Below, piece after piece: positions 49,625-62,229 of a stretch of 64,000 nt of DNA; within the stretch, counting starts at the first letter, position 1; each line of letters begins with the position of its first letter. Under the pieces are notes generated by a model. The model had not been told where the DNA came from and made no database searches. It worked only from the letters and a program-made list of their open reading frames with translations. Source of the DNA: Callorhinchus milii (Eukaryota); the NCBI RefSeq assembly GCF_018977255.1, contig NW_024704743.1, forward strand, positions 1,984,001-2,048,000. The letters run 5' to 3'. Position numbers and translations under genes: made by a program.

Positions 49625-49922
49625 GGAGTCCCCTGGAGCTCAGGGGTTAGAGCCCTCGCCTCGCAAGCGAGAGGACCCGGGTTCGATTCCCGGGCAGGTC
49701 AGGGCGAGACATTGGGCAAGTTTCCTCACTCCACACACACACACACACACGCGCCTCTGTTTACCAGCAGTCAGTAGGAACCCGGTTGTTAGTCGATCGA
49801 CGGATCGCTTTTTCTGGGGGATAATAATCCCTTCGAAAATATAATAATTTGGTCACTCAACCCACGACTGTTTGCGGGACACTGCTGTGCGCAATTGGCT
49901 GCCGCGTTCGCCCACAAAATAT
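49625..49922 (+). mobile_element. Long-subfamily SINE
   Basis: Same consensus, 3' truncated. Confidence 0.88.
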
Positions 49923-50034
49923 GTTCTAACCACTAAGCTACAGGATTCCACAGCGATGGTAAAGCAGAGAGAAAAAGCTGTGAGATAGAGAGGGCCAGGA
50001 GGAGAGTAGTGAGGTGAGGAGGGACAGGCAGGGG

Positions 50035-50610
50035 AGGATGTCCCAAGGCGCTGGACAGTGACAGCATTTCAGACCTGAGCTGGGGTCAGGGGGCAGAACG
50101 GAGGGGAGGAGAAGGGGGGTGGCCGATGGCATGGTCGAAGAGGAGGGTCTTGAGGCGGGACTTGAAGGAGGCTAAGGAGGGGGCGAGGCGGAGTGACTGG
50201 GGGACGGAATTCCAGAGGTTGGGGGCAGAGTGGCTGAAGGCTCTGCCACCAATGGTGAGGCGGGTGGGTCGGGGGACGTGGAACAGACCGGAAGCCGGCT
50301 GAGCGGAGGGAGCGGGCAGGTTGGTAGGTGGTTAGGAGGTCACAGAGGTAGGGTGGGGTGAGGCGGTGGAGGGCTTTGTAGGTGAGGACCAGGATCTTGA
50401 ACTGGATCCTCTGAAGGATAGGGAGCCAATGGAGTCGGGCGAGAGTGGGGGAGATGGGGTCACGGAGTTTGTTGCGGGAGAGGACACGGGCTGTAGAGTT
50501 CTGGGTTATCTGCAGTCTGTGGAGGGAGGAGTTTGCATTGTCGAGCCTGGAGGTGATGCAGGAACGAACAAGAGTTTCAGCGGCCTGAGGGGTCAGGTAG
50601 TGGCGGAGTC
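50035..50610 (-). mobile_element. L2 LINE 3' fragment
   Basis: Reverse complement closely matches 30296-30850. Confidence 0.88.
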
Positions 50611-51224
50611 AGTTAAGTCAGTTGAAGTCTTAACTGTAAAGAAACAACAAACTCTTAATCATACCAGTGGAGCTGCGATTTGACTGTTCAATATGCTCAT
50701 CAAACCGCCTGCAACTGTTTCAATCGAGAAGAATTGAAAGAATCTGGGTAGTTGCTAGACACGCACGCTGATTGAAGGGTAGTGTTTTACTTCTCCTGAA
50801 GGAGTTTATCTGATTTCAATCAGTTCAGGAACCTCACAGCTCTTATTGATGGGGAGAAATTGATTTACAGACAGGCTAATGGGAAGAATTTAGATAAGTA
50901 ATGGAAAGGAATTCAACGGGGAATTGGATTCACGCAGTTTATTCCAAATAAGTAGGTCATAGAAGAAGTTGTAAGTGACAATGGTTGTTGGAACGGCTTG
51001 GAAAGATAAGGTGGGGGTGGCGAGGGGGGTGATCAGAGACAGGGCAGGAGAACTGGGAGAGCATGAGATGGGAGTTTCTCCTGGTGTCCTGGCTAACAAT
51101 CCCCCAGATAAAATTGGTCACTCACTCTATGGCTGTAATGTAGGACACTGCTGCCGTAATTGGTTGCCACGTTTCACCCACAAAATACACAGTCACTCCA
51201 CTGCAAAGCGCTTAGAGACGATGC

Positions 51225-51678
51225 AATAAGGCGCAATGTCAAATGGAAGGATTATTACTTATGTTGTATCCCAAGCATGGAAAGACAGACATCTCAACGC
51301 GCTTCACAGAAAATACTGCAAAGTGGAGTGACTGGGTATTTTGCGGGAGAAACACGGAAGCCAATTGCGCACACCAGTGTCCCCACAAACAGCCAATGAA
51401 GCGAATGACCAATTTTATCTGGGGGGTGGAGGGGGGTTTGTTGGCCAGGACACCGAGTTTTTCGAATACTGCCGTGGGATCTGTACCACCCACCGGAACA
51501 GGCAGACGGGACCTCGGCTTAACATCTCATCTGAATGATGACACCTCCGACAACACAGCACATCCCCAGCACTGGATTGGAGCGTGAGCCGAGACGATGT
51601 GAGCTCAAAGTCCTGACCGGGAGCCTGAGCCCACAACCTTCTGACTCAGAGGCTACCAATTTGAGCCAGGCTGACACA
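51225..51678 (-). mobile_element. Older SacSINE1-like DeuSINE, near full length (other copies at about 8190-8450 +, 31150-31370 +, 43890-44125 +, 51768-51990 +, 56500-56760 -, 57790-58160 -)
   Basis: Head GTCAGCCTGGCTCA..TGGTAGC..CTCTGAGTCAGAAGGTTGTGGG; body GATGAGATGTTAAGCCGAGGTCCCGTCTGCCTGTTC..GTGTCCTGGCCAACAA; Deu domain and tail. Family name recalled, not searched. Confidence 0.75.
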
Positions 51679-52909
51679 ACAGATTCAAAGGTTTAGAAAA
51701 ATCCCTTTTAAATTGACACAGTTTCATTAGCCACCTGCGGTAACACATTCTGAATCCTAATTAGGGGGTCAGCTCGGCTCAGTTGGTGGTTTCCTCGACT
51801 CCGGGTCAGAAGATTGTGGGTTCAAGCCCCATGGTGAGCCTTTGAGCTCGCAGGCTAGGCCGACACTTCACAAAAGAAGTTGCATTGTTGGAGCTGCTGC
51901 GGTTCAGTTCACACAATAAGTCAAGGTCTTCTGCCGTTTCAGGTGGATATTAAAGATCCTGTGGCGCTATTCAAAAAGAGAAGAGAAGGTTTAAAATAAA
52001 TAATAATCATCCTGGAATTTGATAACAGTATTGGTACTGTATTGAGTTTTGGTACTTTATTTTTAATCCCTGCACAGCCAGAGGTTAGTGCACATGCAGT
52101 GTAATAATAATAATGCAGTCTGTAATAATATAATTTTTGCACATTTGACACAGAGCCTTATCAAGTCTTCGAGACGTCTCAAAGCGCTTCACGGGATACA
52201 CTGTAAAATGAATTGGCTGTATATTTTGTGGCCGAAACGCGGCAGCTGACCACAAATGCGCCCAGCAGCGTCCCCACAAACAGCCGTGGGTTGAGTGACC
52301 ATATTATTATTGTTTTTCTTCATGAGATTATTAATGCACCTGGAAAGTGACTAACATTGCCAGGTGAACAGCGTCGTGTGTGTGTGTGTGTGCGGAGTAA
52401 GGAAACTTGCGTAAGACGAGTGAGACGAGTGCTCTATCCACTGAGCTGCAGGACCCTACAGTCTGTTGGGCTGCTGTTGCTTTGCTCACAGTATAACTGG
52501 GGCGAATTCCCCAACAACTGGACGCTATTATAGACCATTCTGATTCACTGTAACAGCCACGCAATCTAAGCGCAGCACAAGAAGCACTCTGCATGTCACT
52601 GTGTGTGCCATGGTAACACACTGCAACCGGGCCAACTGGAATTTCTTTGATTAACAGAAGCAGCAGAAGATATATACCAGATTGACTCTCAAAAATTAAA
52701 GAACATGCATAAGAACATAAGAAATGCTTCAAAGACCACCAAAAAGGACCAAAAAAGGACCACGTAGTTTGACTTCCGCCTTCCTGGAGGTTGTGTGCAC
52801 GTACGTCAAGAACTACCCGTAAATACTATATCCCTTCGGTTGTTTCCTAAAAGAAAAACAATCATGTTTGAGGTAGCAAATGGTGGGGGAGAAAGTGCTT
52901 GAGAACTGA

Positions 52910-53330
52910 GATGAAAGAAAATGCATTGGGTAAATATTTGACTCCGATTCACCCAATTATCACTCGGATGAGTTTCCTGCGCTGGGCGTTTGTGCGTTGT
53001 ACTGGGGTCTGGGCAAAATGGGCTGTGGGGAGAGACGGAGCTGCACAGAAGCTACCGGGGAGGATTCTGCACATGATGTGGGACTGTGCCAAGATCAAGG
53101 AATTGAGCAGGAGACACTGCGAGATCTGAACGGTCTGCCCACTGTGCTTCACAATTTGTATCCTGGGAGATCTCAGCAGGAATATCATTCCTCCAGCCCC
53201 TCGTGCTCACAGCCGGTTCAGTTCCAGCAGCAAAGAGAGAGGAGGCTCTTTCTCTCAGTGCTCCCAGATGAAGCCAGAGTGAAAAAAAAGAGAAGGTTTT
53301 CATTGAGAACGCAACCTCAACTTGACAAAC
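52910..53330 (+). mobile_element. Degenerate L1/Tx1-clade ORF2 C-terminal fragment
   Basis: Frameshifted pieces LGKMG...C, ILHMMWDCAKIKE and ICILGDL resemble the CCHC zinc-knuckle region of L1/Tx1 ORF2. Confidence 0.55.
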
Positions 53331-53469
53331 AGGAGCAAATGAGTCTCCGGGAGTTCACAGATCAACATCTGAAGTAAATCACGAGAGAACAGTCCCTCTA
53401 CAACAACTCCAAGCGAGGAAAGCCCTCTGTGGATTTATTCGCCCGTGTGTAGCTGCAAAATACTATTTT

Positions 53470-53580
53470 GGTACAAAACAAATACAGAAGTGGCTGGGAA
53501 CGCTCAGCAGGTCAGGCAGCATCGATGGAGAAAGGAAAGTGAGTCAACGTTTCGGGTCCACAACCCTGCGTCAGAACTCT
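53470..53580 (-). mobile_element. Penelope-like element terminal repeat fragment
   Basis: GCTGGGAACGCTCAGCAGGTCAGGCAGCATCGATGGAGA...CAACGTTTCGGGTC...TCAGAACT resembles the abundant chondrichthyan Penelope-type repeat (recalled, not searched) and contains the hammerhead motif. Confidence 0.55.
53541..53579 (-). ncRNA. Minimal type I hammerhead ribozyme-like motif (one core deviation)
   Basis: Minus strand: GAGUU-CUGACGCA-GGGU-UGUGG-ACCC-GAAA-CG-UU-GACUC. Helix I GAGUU/GACUC, helix II GGGU/ACCC, palindromic ACGU helix III. Confidence 0.6.
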
Positions 53581-55194
53581 TTTGGTGCTTTGGGTTGGGA
53601 GGAAAAAGCACGGAGACTGAGACAGCCATCACCCTCTCTTTGTGTTACAATCATCATCATCATGATATAATAATATATCCTTTGCGTTTGACACGGCGCC
53701 TTATCACGCCTTCGAGACGTCTCAAAGTGCTTCACAGGATACACTGTAAAGTGAATCGACTGTGTATTTTGTGGGCGAAACGCGGCAGCCAATTCTGCCC
53801 AGCAACGTCCCCCACACAGCCAGGGATTGAGTGACCACATTATTATTATTATTTATTTTTTAAGGGATTATTATCCCCCGGAAATGCTTCCTTACCTGGG
53901 AGGCGAACTCACCAACAAGGGGAAACAGCCTATTAACAGTCAATGCAACCTTGTACATCCTAGACTATGTGAATCCAAAGAGCAGACGTGAGTCTTGAAC
54001 GTCCAATCTTCTGACCCAGAGGCGAGATTGCTACCAATTGAGCCGAGTGGACACCTAAAGAAAAAAGATCAGGCGCATGAGTAAAAAAATTCTGACTTGA
54101 TGGAAATGAATAATGAAATGGACGATGGCTTATAGCCGCATCGGCACAAACTTCCACCTTCTCTGAAAACTTCTTCAAAATCATTCTTTCACTTGGAAAC
54201 CGGAGACTTCTTAAGGTGGTCAAACCGGCTTCGAGATGTAAGAACCTTTCACAATTCGATGCCAACGTGCAGCTCAAGACACATTTGGCCCCAAATATTG
54301 GACACATCTGGTCCTAATATTATTGTCTTGCAATTTAAAATTAGGCCAGAATTCCAAATTAACCCCAAATTGCAAATAATTTGCAAATTCAGTCTTCGCT
54401 TTGAAGCCGTTTTTTTTTGTTAACAGCTGTGAAAATCGGGAGACATTTCTGGGACCCAATGTTTCTCATGCTCTCGTACTTAAAACCGTGGCTCTAAAAA
54501 TTCTAAGACTGCGCAGAATTTTTCAGCCATCCGTCACAGTCCTGTCTCGGTGTCCTGGACAATTGACCTCTTCCCGTTCAGAGTAAATTTCAGACGGGTT
54601 CCCCAAATTCCGCGCAATCTTAAAAACGTTAAGACAACAGCCTTCAGCTTAAAGACGTGAGGAATGTCAGAACCGAAAGCATGCAAGCAACATGAGGGGA
54701 ATCAAAAATGCATTGGGGCCATACTGCTACTAAGCCGGAGGTTTGGCAAGCTAAGGTTTTCAATGGACTAAACAATAGGGTCATTTGAACTGACAGATGG
54801 CAGAGAGCCCAGTTTCATTTTCCCAGCTGTATCCTCGAGTTGTTTGATGTTCTGCCTTACCTCTTCAAAAAAAATAACTTCCAAGATTCTTGTCAGGGTA
54901 CGTTTTCTGTAGTAAATCACCCCCCCCCCCCCGAACACATCAAACCTCCAAACAGATACAAATCTTGTCCTGGACTACTGTGGAGCAAGTTTCCCCCCAA
55001 AAAACAAAATGAAGCAGGATTCGGCATTCAGGATCCCGGTTGTTAAGTCGATTGGTGGATCGCTTTTCCGGATGGGGGTAATAATCCCCGCCACAAAAAA
55101 TGTGGTCACTCAATCCACGACTGTTTGTGGGGACGCTGCTGTGCGCAATTGGCTGCCCACAAAATACACAGTCAATTCATGTTATGGTATAGCT

Positions 55195-56110
55195 TCACAT
55201 GTGGTGTTCCCCAGGGCTAGGCCTCTCCTTTGTAATATTTATGTTCTCCCGCTCAGGGATCTCATCGGCAGGCATGGGGTTAGCTTCCACATGTGTGTTG
55301 ATGACACCCAACTCTGTCTCTCTGCCTCCACCCTCGACTGCAGGGCCCACTGCTGTCCTGACTGATTGTCTGTCAGACATCAAGTCCTGGATGAGAGCCA
55401 ACATTCTCCAGTTGAATGTCAACAAGACCGAGGCTCTCCTGCTTGGCTCCCGTCAGCGCCTCAGGCACTGACAGCATCACTCTACATGGATGCACTCTGC
55501 ACCTCACAGAGCCGGTACAGAACCTTGGCGTCTTGTTCGATCCTCGACTGTCTTTTAAACCCCACATCTGTGCCGTACACCGCTCTGCCTTCCCTACACC
55601 GCTGCAGCATAACCCCAGGCTCCACCCCTGCCTCACCCCTCAGGCCACTGAAAATCTCATCCATGCTTTCATTATGTCCCGGCTTGACTCCACTAAGTCC
55701 CTGCTCACCAGACTTCCCAACGCTTCCCTTCGCAACCTGCAGATTATTCAGAACTCTGCAGCTTGTTTCCTCCCCAGCACTCAGCTTTGTGAGCCAATCA
55801 CCCCCCATCCTCAGCCGGCTCCACGGCTCCACATGCCCCAGATCCTCATCCTCACCTTTAAAGCCCGTCTCCACCCTAACCCTGCGACCTATTATAACTT
55901 CACCAATCTATCCGCTCCCTTATCCATCCCAGAAATCCTCCTCCCCCTGCCTCGCCCCCCCCCCCCACCACCACCACCACCACCTCCTTCAAGGCTGATC
56001 TCAAGACATTTCTGTTCGACCGTGCCTTCGGCCATCTTCCCTCCTCCACCCCCTCTGCCCTCCATCCCTCTCTAATCCCAAACTGCAGCTCGGGTTGCGA
56101 AACCCTTGTG
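55195..56110 (+). mobile_element. L2-clade LINE 3' fragment with decayed reverse transcriptase
   Basis: HGVSFHMCVDDTQLCLS (decayed YADDTQLY), CLSDIKSWMRANILQLNVNKTE, VQNLGVLFDPRLSF, LIHAFIMSRLD, LQIIQNSAA, with frameshifts. Confidence 0.9.
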
Positions 56111-56831
56111 ACATTCTCTCTGCCATCCCATAAGATGTTGATGTTATTGACTCAGCATAAACATCAGAGAGTGTGTTAAACACTGAATCATCAATATAAT
56201 ATGCTTATCCCACTGGAATCTGTGTTGTGAGTGTGCGTTCTGGATAACTGCATGTTGACTGTTAAAGAGGTTGCTAAGTTGTCTTTCTAACGCTGACCTA
56301 GATATTCCTTAGCTCCTGGGGTTACAAAGACAAATTAAGCCATGCCGGCAGACATCAGCCCTTAATAATTATGATTATGATTTAACGTCTGTAGATGAAG
56401 CATTATTTTTGTAAGTAACTTTCAAGAACGAGGAGGAGATTACTTTTCTTTCCGTGGGTTACTCGCCTGCCCTATGCTATTCAACAGCCAGGATAATGAT
56501 CTTTGTATCTTATATAGCGCCTTTCTCATCGACGCTTCTCAAACCGCTTCACGTGAATTACTGGAAAGCCCAATGACTGCAAACACAGTAGCCACTTTGA
56601 GCAGCTTCCTATAAATAGTCGATGAAGTGAGTGACCAATTTTACTTGGGAGATTGTTGGCCAGGACGTTGGGAGAAACAGCCTTCTCTTTTGGAATAAGA
56701 CCATGGGATCTTAATATTCACCTGAACAGGCACTCGGTTTAACGTCTCATCCGAATGACGGATCTCAATATCCATTTGTAAAGACCAGCATAGGCCAGGG
56801 GAGTTTTGTCAATTTTAATCTGATTTTATAC

Positions 56832-57151
56832 AATAATAATCCTTGCATTTGATACAGCGCCTTAGCACATCTTCGAGACGTCTCAAAGTGCTTCACGGAA
56901 TATACAGTAAAGTGAATTGGCTCTACATTTGGGGGCGAAACACGGCAGCCAATTGCGCACAGCAGCGTCCCCACAAACAGTTGTGGATTGAGTGACCAAT
57001 CGATTAACAAGCGGGTGCCCACTTACTGCTAGGTAACCAGGCGTGTGTGTGGAGTAAGGAAACTTCCCAACGTTTCGCCCTGACCCGGGAATCAAACGCA
57101 GGTCCTCTCGCTTGCGAGACGAGGGCTCTAACCACTGAGCTACAGGGCTCC
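56832..57151 (-). mobile_element. tRNA-derived SINE
   Basis: Same consensus with an internal deletion. Confidence 0.85.
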
Positions 57152-57264
57152 ACTATGAGATATTTGATGACTGAAATTGCCTTTGGTTGATTCACACAAA
57201 CTGTCAATAGGTGAATTCAATCTTAATTTTGGAAATCAGTTTTTTTAAAGAACTGAAGAACAAC

Positions 57265-57351
57265 AACCTCCATATTAAACCTCCACATTAAACCTCCACA
57301 TTAAACCTCCACATTAAACCTCCACATTAAACCTCCACATTAAAACTCAAC
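57265..57351. repeat. 13-bp tandem repeat (ATTAAACCTCCAC), about 6 copies
   Basis: Seen directly in the sequence. Confidence 0.93.
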
Positions 57352-58234
57352 GGAGGGATTTTCCATAAGATTTAACCCACCTTTGAGACGTCTCAAAGCG
57401 CTTCAAAAGATACACTGTAAAGTGAATTGACTGTATATTTTGTGGGCGAAACATCTTAAATGTTAAAAACAAACAGTCTCACGGGCTAAGACAAGGGGGA
57501 TTTTGAGTCTTTGATGTGCTAATTATCACATCAACAAATCCATTAATACTCATCGCATTTTTCAACCCTACGCCACGGATCTCCAAGTGATCTTTGCCGG
57601 AGCTTGTTACTGGCTCAGCGTTTCCAAACGGAAGGGGACAGCAATGCTTCAGATCGCTAACAAGTGGCAACAAGCCAATTCGGTGATCTTTTACAATTCC
57701 TCCACGGTGATAGCACCGGGACTTCTGTTATGTTTATCAATAATAATAATAATAATTATAATAATTATTATTATTATTATAATTCTTGCGTCTGACGTGG
57801 CGCCTCACACGTCAAGAGGACAAACTGAAAGCGCTTCATAGGATTTACTGTAAAAGGCCGTCAGTGTCTGTGCAGTTGGTTGGCTGGTGAATAAAGCAGC
57901 TAATTTGAACGCAGCAATGTGCCACAAACAGCCATGAAGCCAGTGACTAATTTTATCCGTGTGGTTGTTGGCCGGGACACCGAGAGAAATTCCCTTCTGT
58001 TTCAAACAATGCCATGGGATTTTTTTAACGTGCGTCTGAGTAGCGATGGTTCAACATCTCGTCTGAAAGATGGCGCTGATATAACAGGACATTTCCCAGC
58101 GCTGCATCGGACTGTCTGCCCGCAAAACCCCAACGGGTGGCTGGAACCCACAAGCTTCTGATTTAATAATAATAATAATAATAATCCTTGCATTTGATAA
58201 AGTGCCTTATCACGTCTTCCAGACTCCTGGCCAT

Positions 58235-58500
58235 TGAGGACAGGCATCTTGAATTAGATCCTCAGGGAGATGGCGAGGCAGTGTAACCCAGCGAGGGGGG
58301 GGGGGGGGTGGGCGAGGGTAATGATGGCTTTATGGAGGTTGGTGCGTAATGTCTTTTGACGGAGGACATCAACTGCAGAGTTCTGGTTGCTCAGTATGCT
58401 GGGTAAGAGAGGAGTTGGGGAAGTCCAACGAGCAGAGTATTCGAGTAGTCCTAGCCTGGACCCGGTGGAGCTGTGAAGGAGGGTCTTGGCAGCCTGAGGG
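58235..58500 (-). mobile_element. Old L2 LINE RT fragment
   Basis: AAKTLLHSSTGSRLGL...NQNSAVDVL...LAGLHCL on the minus strand. Confidence 0.6.
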
Positions 58501-59389
58501 AGTCCTTTGAGTTTCAAAGGGAAGCTGACACCAGGATTTTTCCCCGGTTAAAGTCGTTGTGAGTTAAGACCATTGACAACCACAGAACTCCGAAAGTAAC
58601 ATATAACAATTAATCCCCCACGTCTCTAATCCTCACATTACCTCAATCAAATAACATAATAATCCTGGCATTTGATATAATCCTTGCATTGATACAGCGC
58701 CTTATCACGTCTTCGAAACGTCACAAAGCCCTTTGCAGAATATACTGTGTTTTGTGGGAAAAATGCGGCAGCCAATTGCGCACAGCAGTGTCCCACAAAC
58801 AGTCGTGACCAATTTTTTTTTCAAGAGATTATTACCCCCGGAAAGCGATCTGCCAATCCACTAACAACTGAGTTCCTACTTAATGCTTAATTATTATTAT
58901 TATTGAGGTGGCAGAGGTGATCTTGCCAAGGCCATCTCACACGACCTGACAGAATTATGTGCCGGACTGAAGTCAAGGTACACTATAAAAATTGCACAGA
59001 ATCAGCACAATGTACGGCGACAGAACTGGGTTCGATTCCCGGCTGGGCAAAACCTTGAGCAAGTGTCCCTACTCCAACCCCTGCTAAGAAGAAAAAAACA
59101 ACGATAATAAATTGGTCCCTTCAATCCGCGACTGTTTTTGGGACACCGCTGTGCACAATTGGCTGCCGCGTTTCGCCCACAAATATAGAGTCAGTTCACT
59201 TTGCAGTCTATTCTGTGAAGCGCTTTGAGACGTCTCAAACAAAGGGTAAGGCGCTGTATCAAATGCAAGGATTATTATTATTACATTATATAGAACTGGT
59301 TTCCGCGGTCAGTGTATTGGTTGTTGAGCGTGTGCTTCGGGAGAACAAATAACACAGCCCTTTAGCAAACTTTTTTCCCCCACCACCTG

Positions 59390-59960
59390 CAGGACATAAG
59401 ATGAATGATTTGTGCCTTTAAGCACAAGAGCCTTAAAATGAAATGAATAGGAGAAGGTTTAATCAATAAACCAGTCAGACATTCTGTGATTATTCCAAGT
59501 CTAGACTAGCTGTGTGCAGTTTGTTAAACACTTGTGGGGAAAAAAAACTTGTGGTTTTAAATTTTAAAACCTTTGCCTCAAACTTTAAAATCTTGCCAAA
59601 TTAGGGAAAGTTCGTCAATCTTAATGAGAAACCTGGTTTATGACAGTTTTTTCAAAGTAACTTCAAAATTGAGATGGAATTTTTAATAAAACCAATTCTG
59701 GACTACCTCAAATTACAGGTCAATAGTCCTTAAACCATGAGAAATTTCAGATTTCTGCTTTCCTCTCAGCAAAAGCTGCAATTAAATTTTGTGCGCTGTT
59801 AATTTTAGAATAGTCATGACATTGGGATGATGTAAAAAAGCGTGAGTGTCCTTAATTCTCTCAATGAAAGCCCCAATTAAAATTAAAAGATAATAATTTT
59901 TACAGAATATATTGTTCAGTGGAATGACTTTCATTCTGTTTAAAAATCAATTTAAAAAAA
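59390..59960. promoter_or_regulatory. Candidate conserved non-coding element / developmental enhancer
   Basis: Repeat-free AT-rich block with TTTATGACAG (59637-59646), ATCAATAA and several CAATTA/TAAT motifs. Conservation not verified. Confidence 0.45.
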
Positions 59961-62181
59961 ACATATCCTTCGATCTTAAACACGGTTATGGTTCGATTGT
60001 CAGATCACTTTTCCGGGGGTAATAATCCCTGCAAAAAAAGAAAATAATCATAATAATTTGGTCACTCAATCCCGCGGCTGTTTGTGGGGGACGCTGCTGT
60101 GTGCAATTGGCTGCCGCGTTTCGCCCACAAAACACACAGTCGATTCACTTTACAGTGTATTCTGTGAAAGCGCTTTGAGACGTCTGGAAGACGTGAAAAC
60201 GCACTATATCAAATTCAAGGGTTGTTATTATTTTATTATTAAACTATTTTTGCCTTCCAAATAAATATATAACATTTATTTTATTTTTAAAAGGTCAATT
60301 GCATTCATTTCGGCGGTGTTTCAGCCCACGGTGAGATCACTAGATCTCTTGTACAGTAACGACAGAATGACACAGATGTGAAAGATTTGGCTAAAAAAAA
60401 NTCAATCGTATCTTCTTCGACAGAGAAACGCTTTAGATTTCATGAGTGCAAGTTGTTGGTGTTAATTATATTTCTGTAATTGTAACAATTTTATAATAAG
60501 TGTAGTTGTTAATTTCCTTTTTTTTAAAAAGTGTTAATAATCGCTACCCAGGGAAAAGTCTGATACAGTAATCTGCCTTAAACAACACATTTGTTTAATT
60601 GCTGGACTTTTAGATAATTTCCTCTTAAACACCTTTCCTTCTACATACCTATTTAAATTTTATTTCGGGTAAGATGTCAATGAAATTAATTTACTGTGGG
60701 CATTGTATCATCGTATCACTGCATCATTGGAGGTCAGTGTGCCTCCAATTCGGATTTAAAAAATAATAATAATTCTGTCCCTCAATCCCCGGCTGTTTGT
60801 GGGGACGCTGCTGTGTGCAATTAGTTGCCGCATTTCGCCAACAAAATATACAGTCAATTCACTTTACAGTATTTTCGGTGAAGCGCTTTGAGACACATTG
60901 AAGACATTGTAAGGCGCTATATCAGATGCAAGGATTATTATTATTATTATTATTATTATAGGACCAGACACAAGTCTAACGGTCTATTGCTGTGGTCAGT
61001 TCAGTTCCCACAGGGAAGTGTATAAAAGCTCCCAGTGCTGGTTGCAATCACCCGTACTGTTCCTGTACGTTTCCAATAAAAAAAAGTCCTGAATCCAAAT
61101 AAAATTGGCAAATTGTGGTAAATAGACTTTGTCCCAGGACTGGTTTCCTGTGAGTGGTCACAGAGCCATTCGCCTTGAAAACCCAGTGTCCCTTTCACCC
61201 TCTGCTGACTGAACAGCCAATATGAATGTGCAACGCTGTGCTTCTGAGTTAAACAGCGGGAGCCATGCGAAGGGATATAAAATAATAATAATAATAATAA
61301 CCCTTGCATTTTATATAGCACCTTATCACGTCTTCTAGAGGTCTCAAACCGCGTCACAGAGTATACTGTAATGTGAATTGACTGTATGTTTGTGGGTGAA
61401 ATATATAATATAATATACAGTATAATATATATTTGTGTGTATATAGCATATACACGTGTGTGTGGGTGACAACTTGGAAAATAAGAAAATAGCCCAAGTC
61501 ACGTTTTGCATTTGAAGGCAGACACTTCGCTTGTCAAGTGCTTTGGATAAAACATTTCACTGGGATGCACGGAATACGATGTCAACCTTTTGTGTAGGCA
61601 GATAACATTTCCTGGTGAAAACCTCTCACTAACTGTGAAATGAATCCATCGCTTGGAAATAGCCCAGTTTCCACGCCCTGCTTCCTTAACATCATTTATT
61701 TAAACATTATTTATTATTTTAATAATAACCTTATTATTAAAGAAGGCGTACATAAAATAGATGTCTATATATATATATAATATGCTGTATGTGGCTGGAA
61801 ATTCATCACTGGCTGAAACCATTTTCTGGGATTGATGGATATATATTTATTAATATTATATATATTAAATAGGTTATATAGTTAACCTCCTTTCTAGACA
61901 TTGACTATTTTTCTACTACGACTATTGTGACTATACTGCGCTTTTCGGATTAATCACAAAACAGTGAATAAATCTTCGGCCCGAACTGTCACAGCGCGCT
62001 TTACCAGTGGAATAATCTTGCAGCGGATTTTGTATTGGAATGCTATTTTTTTTAAAAAATAAAGTGATAAAAAATACATAGTAATGGAATGATAATTAAT
62101 GTTTTAAAGGAGGGGTTAGATTGAAGGGATTGAAGAGAGTTGTTTTCTGGTTAGACTGATACCCCCAAATGTCTTGTATAT

Positions 62182-62229
<48 letters not shown>

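Noticed and set aside
52997..53377. 126-aa ORF as a novel gene
   Set aside because: Better explained as frameshifted remains of an L1/Tx1 ORF2 C-terminus.
57265..57351. Regular repeats as a CRISPR-like array (also 8900-9085)
   Set aside because: Head-to-tail units without unique spacers, in vertebrate DNA.
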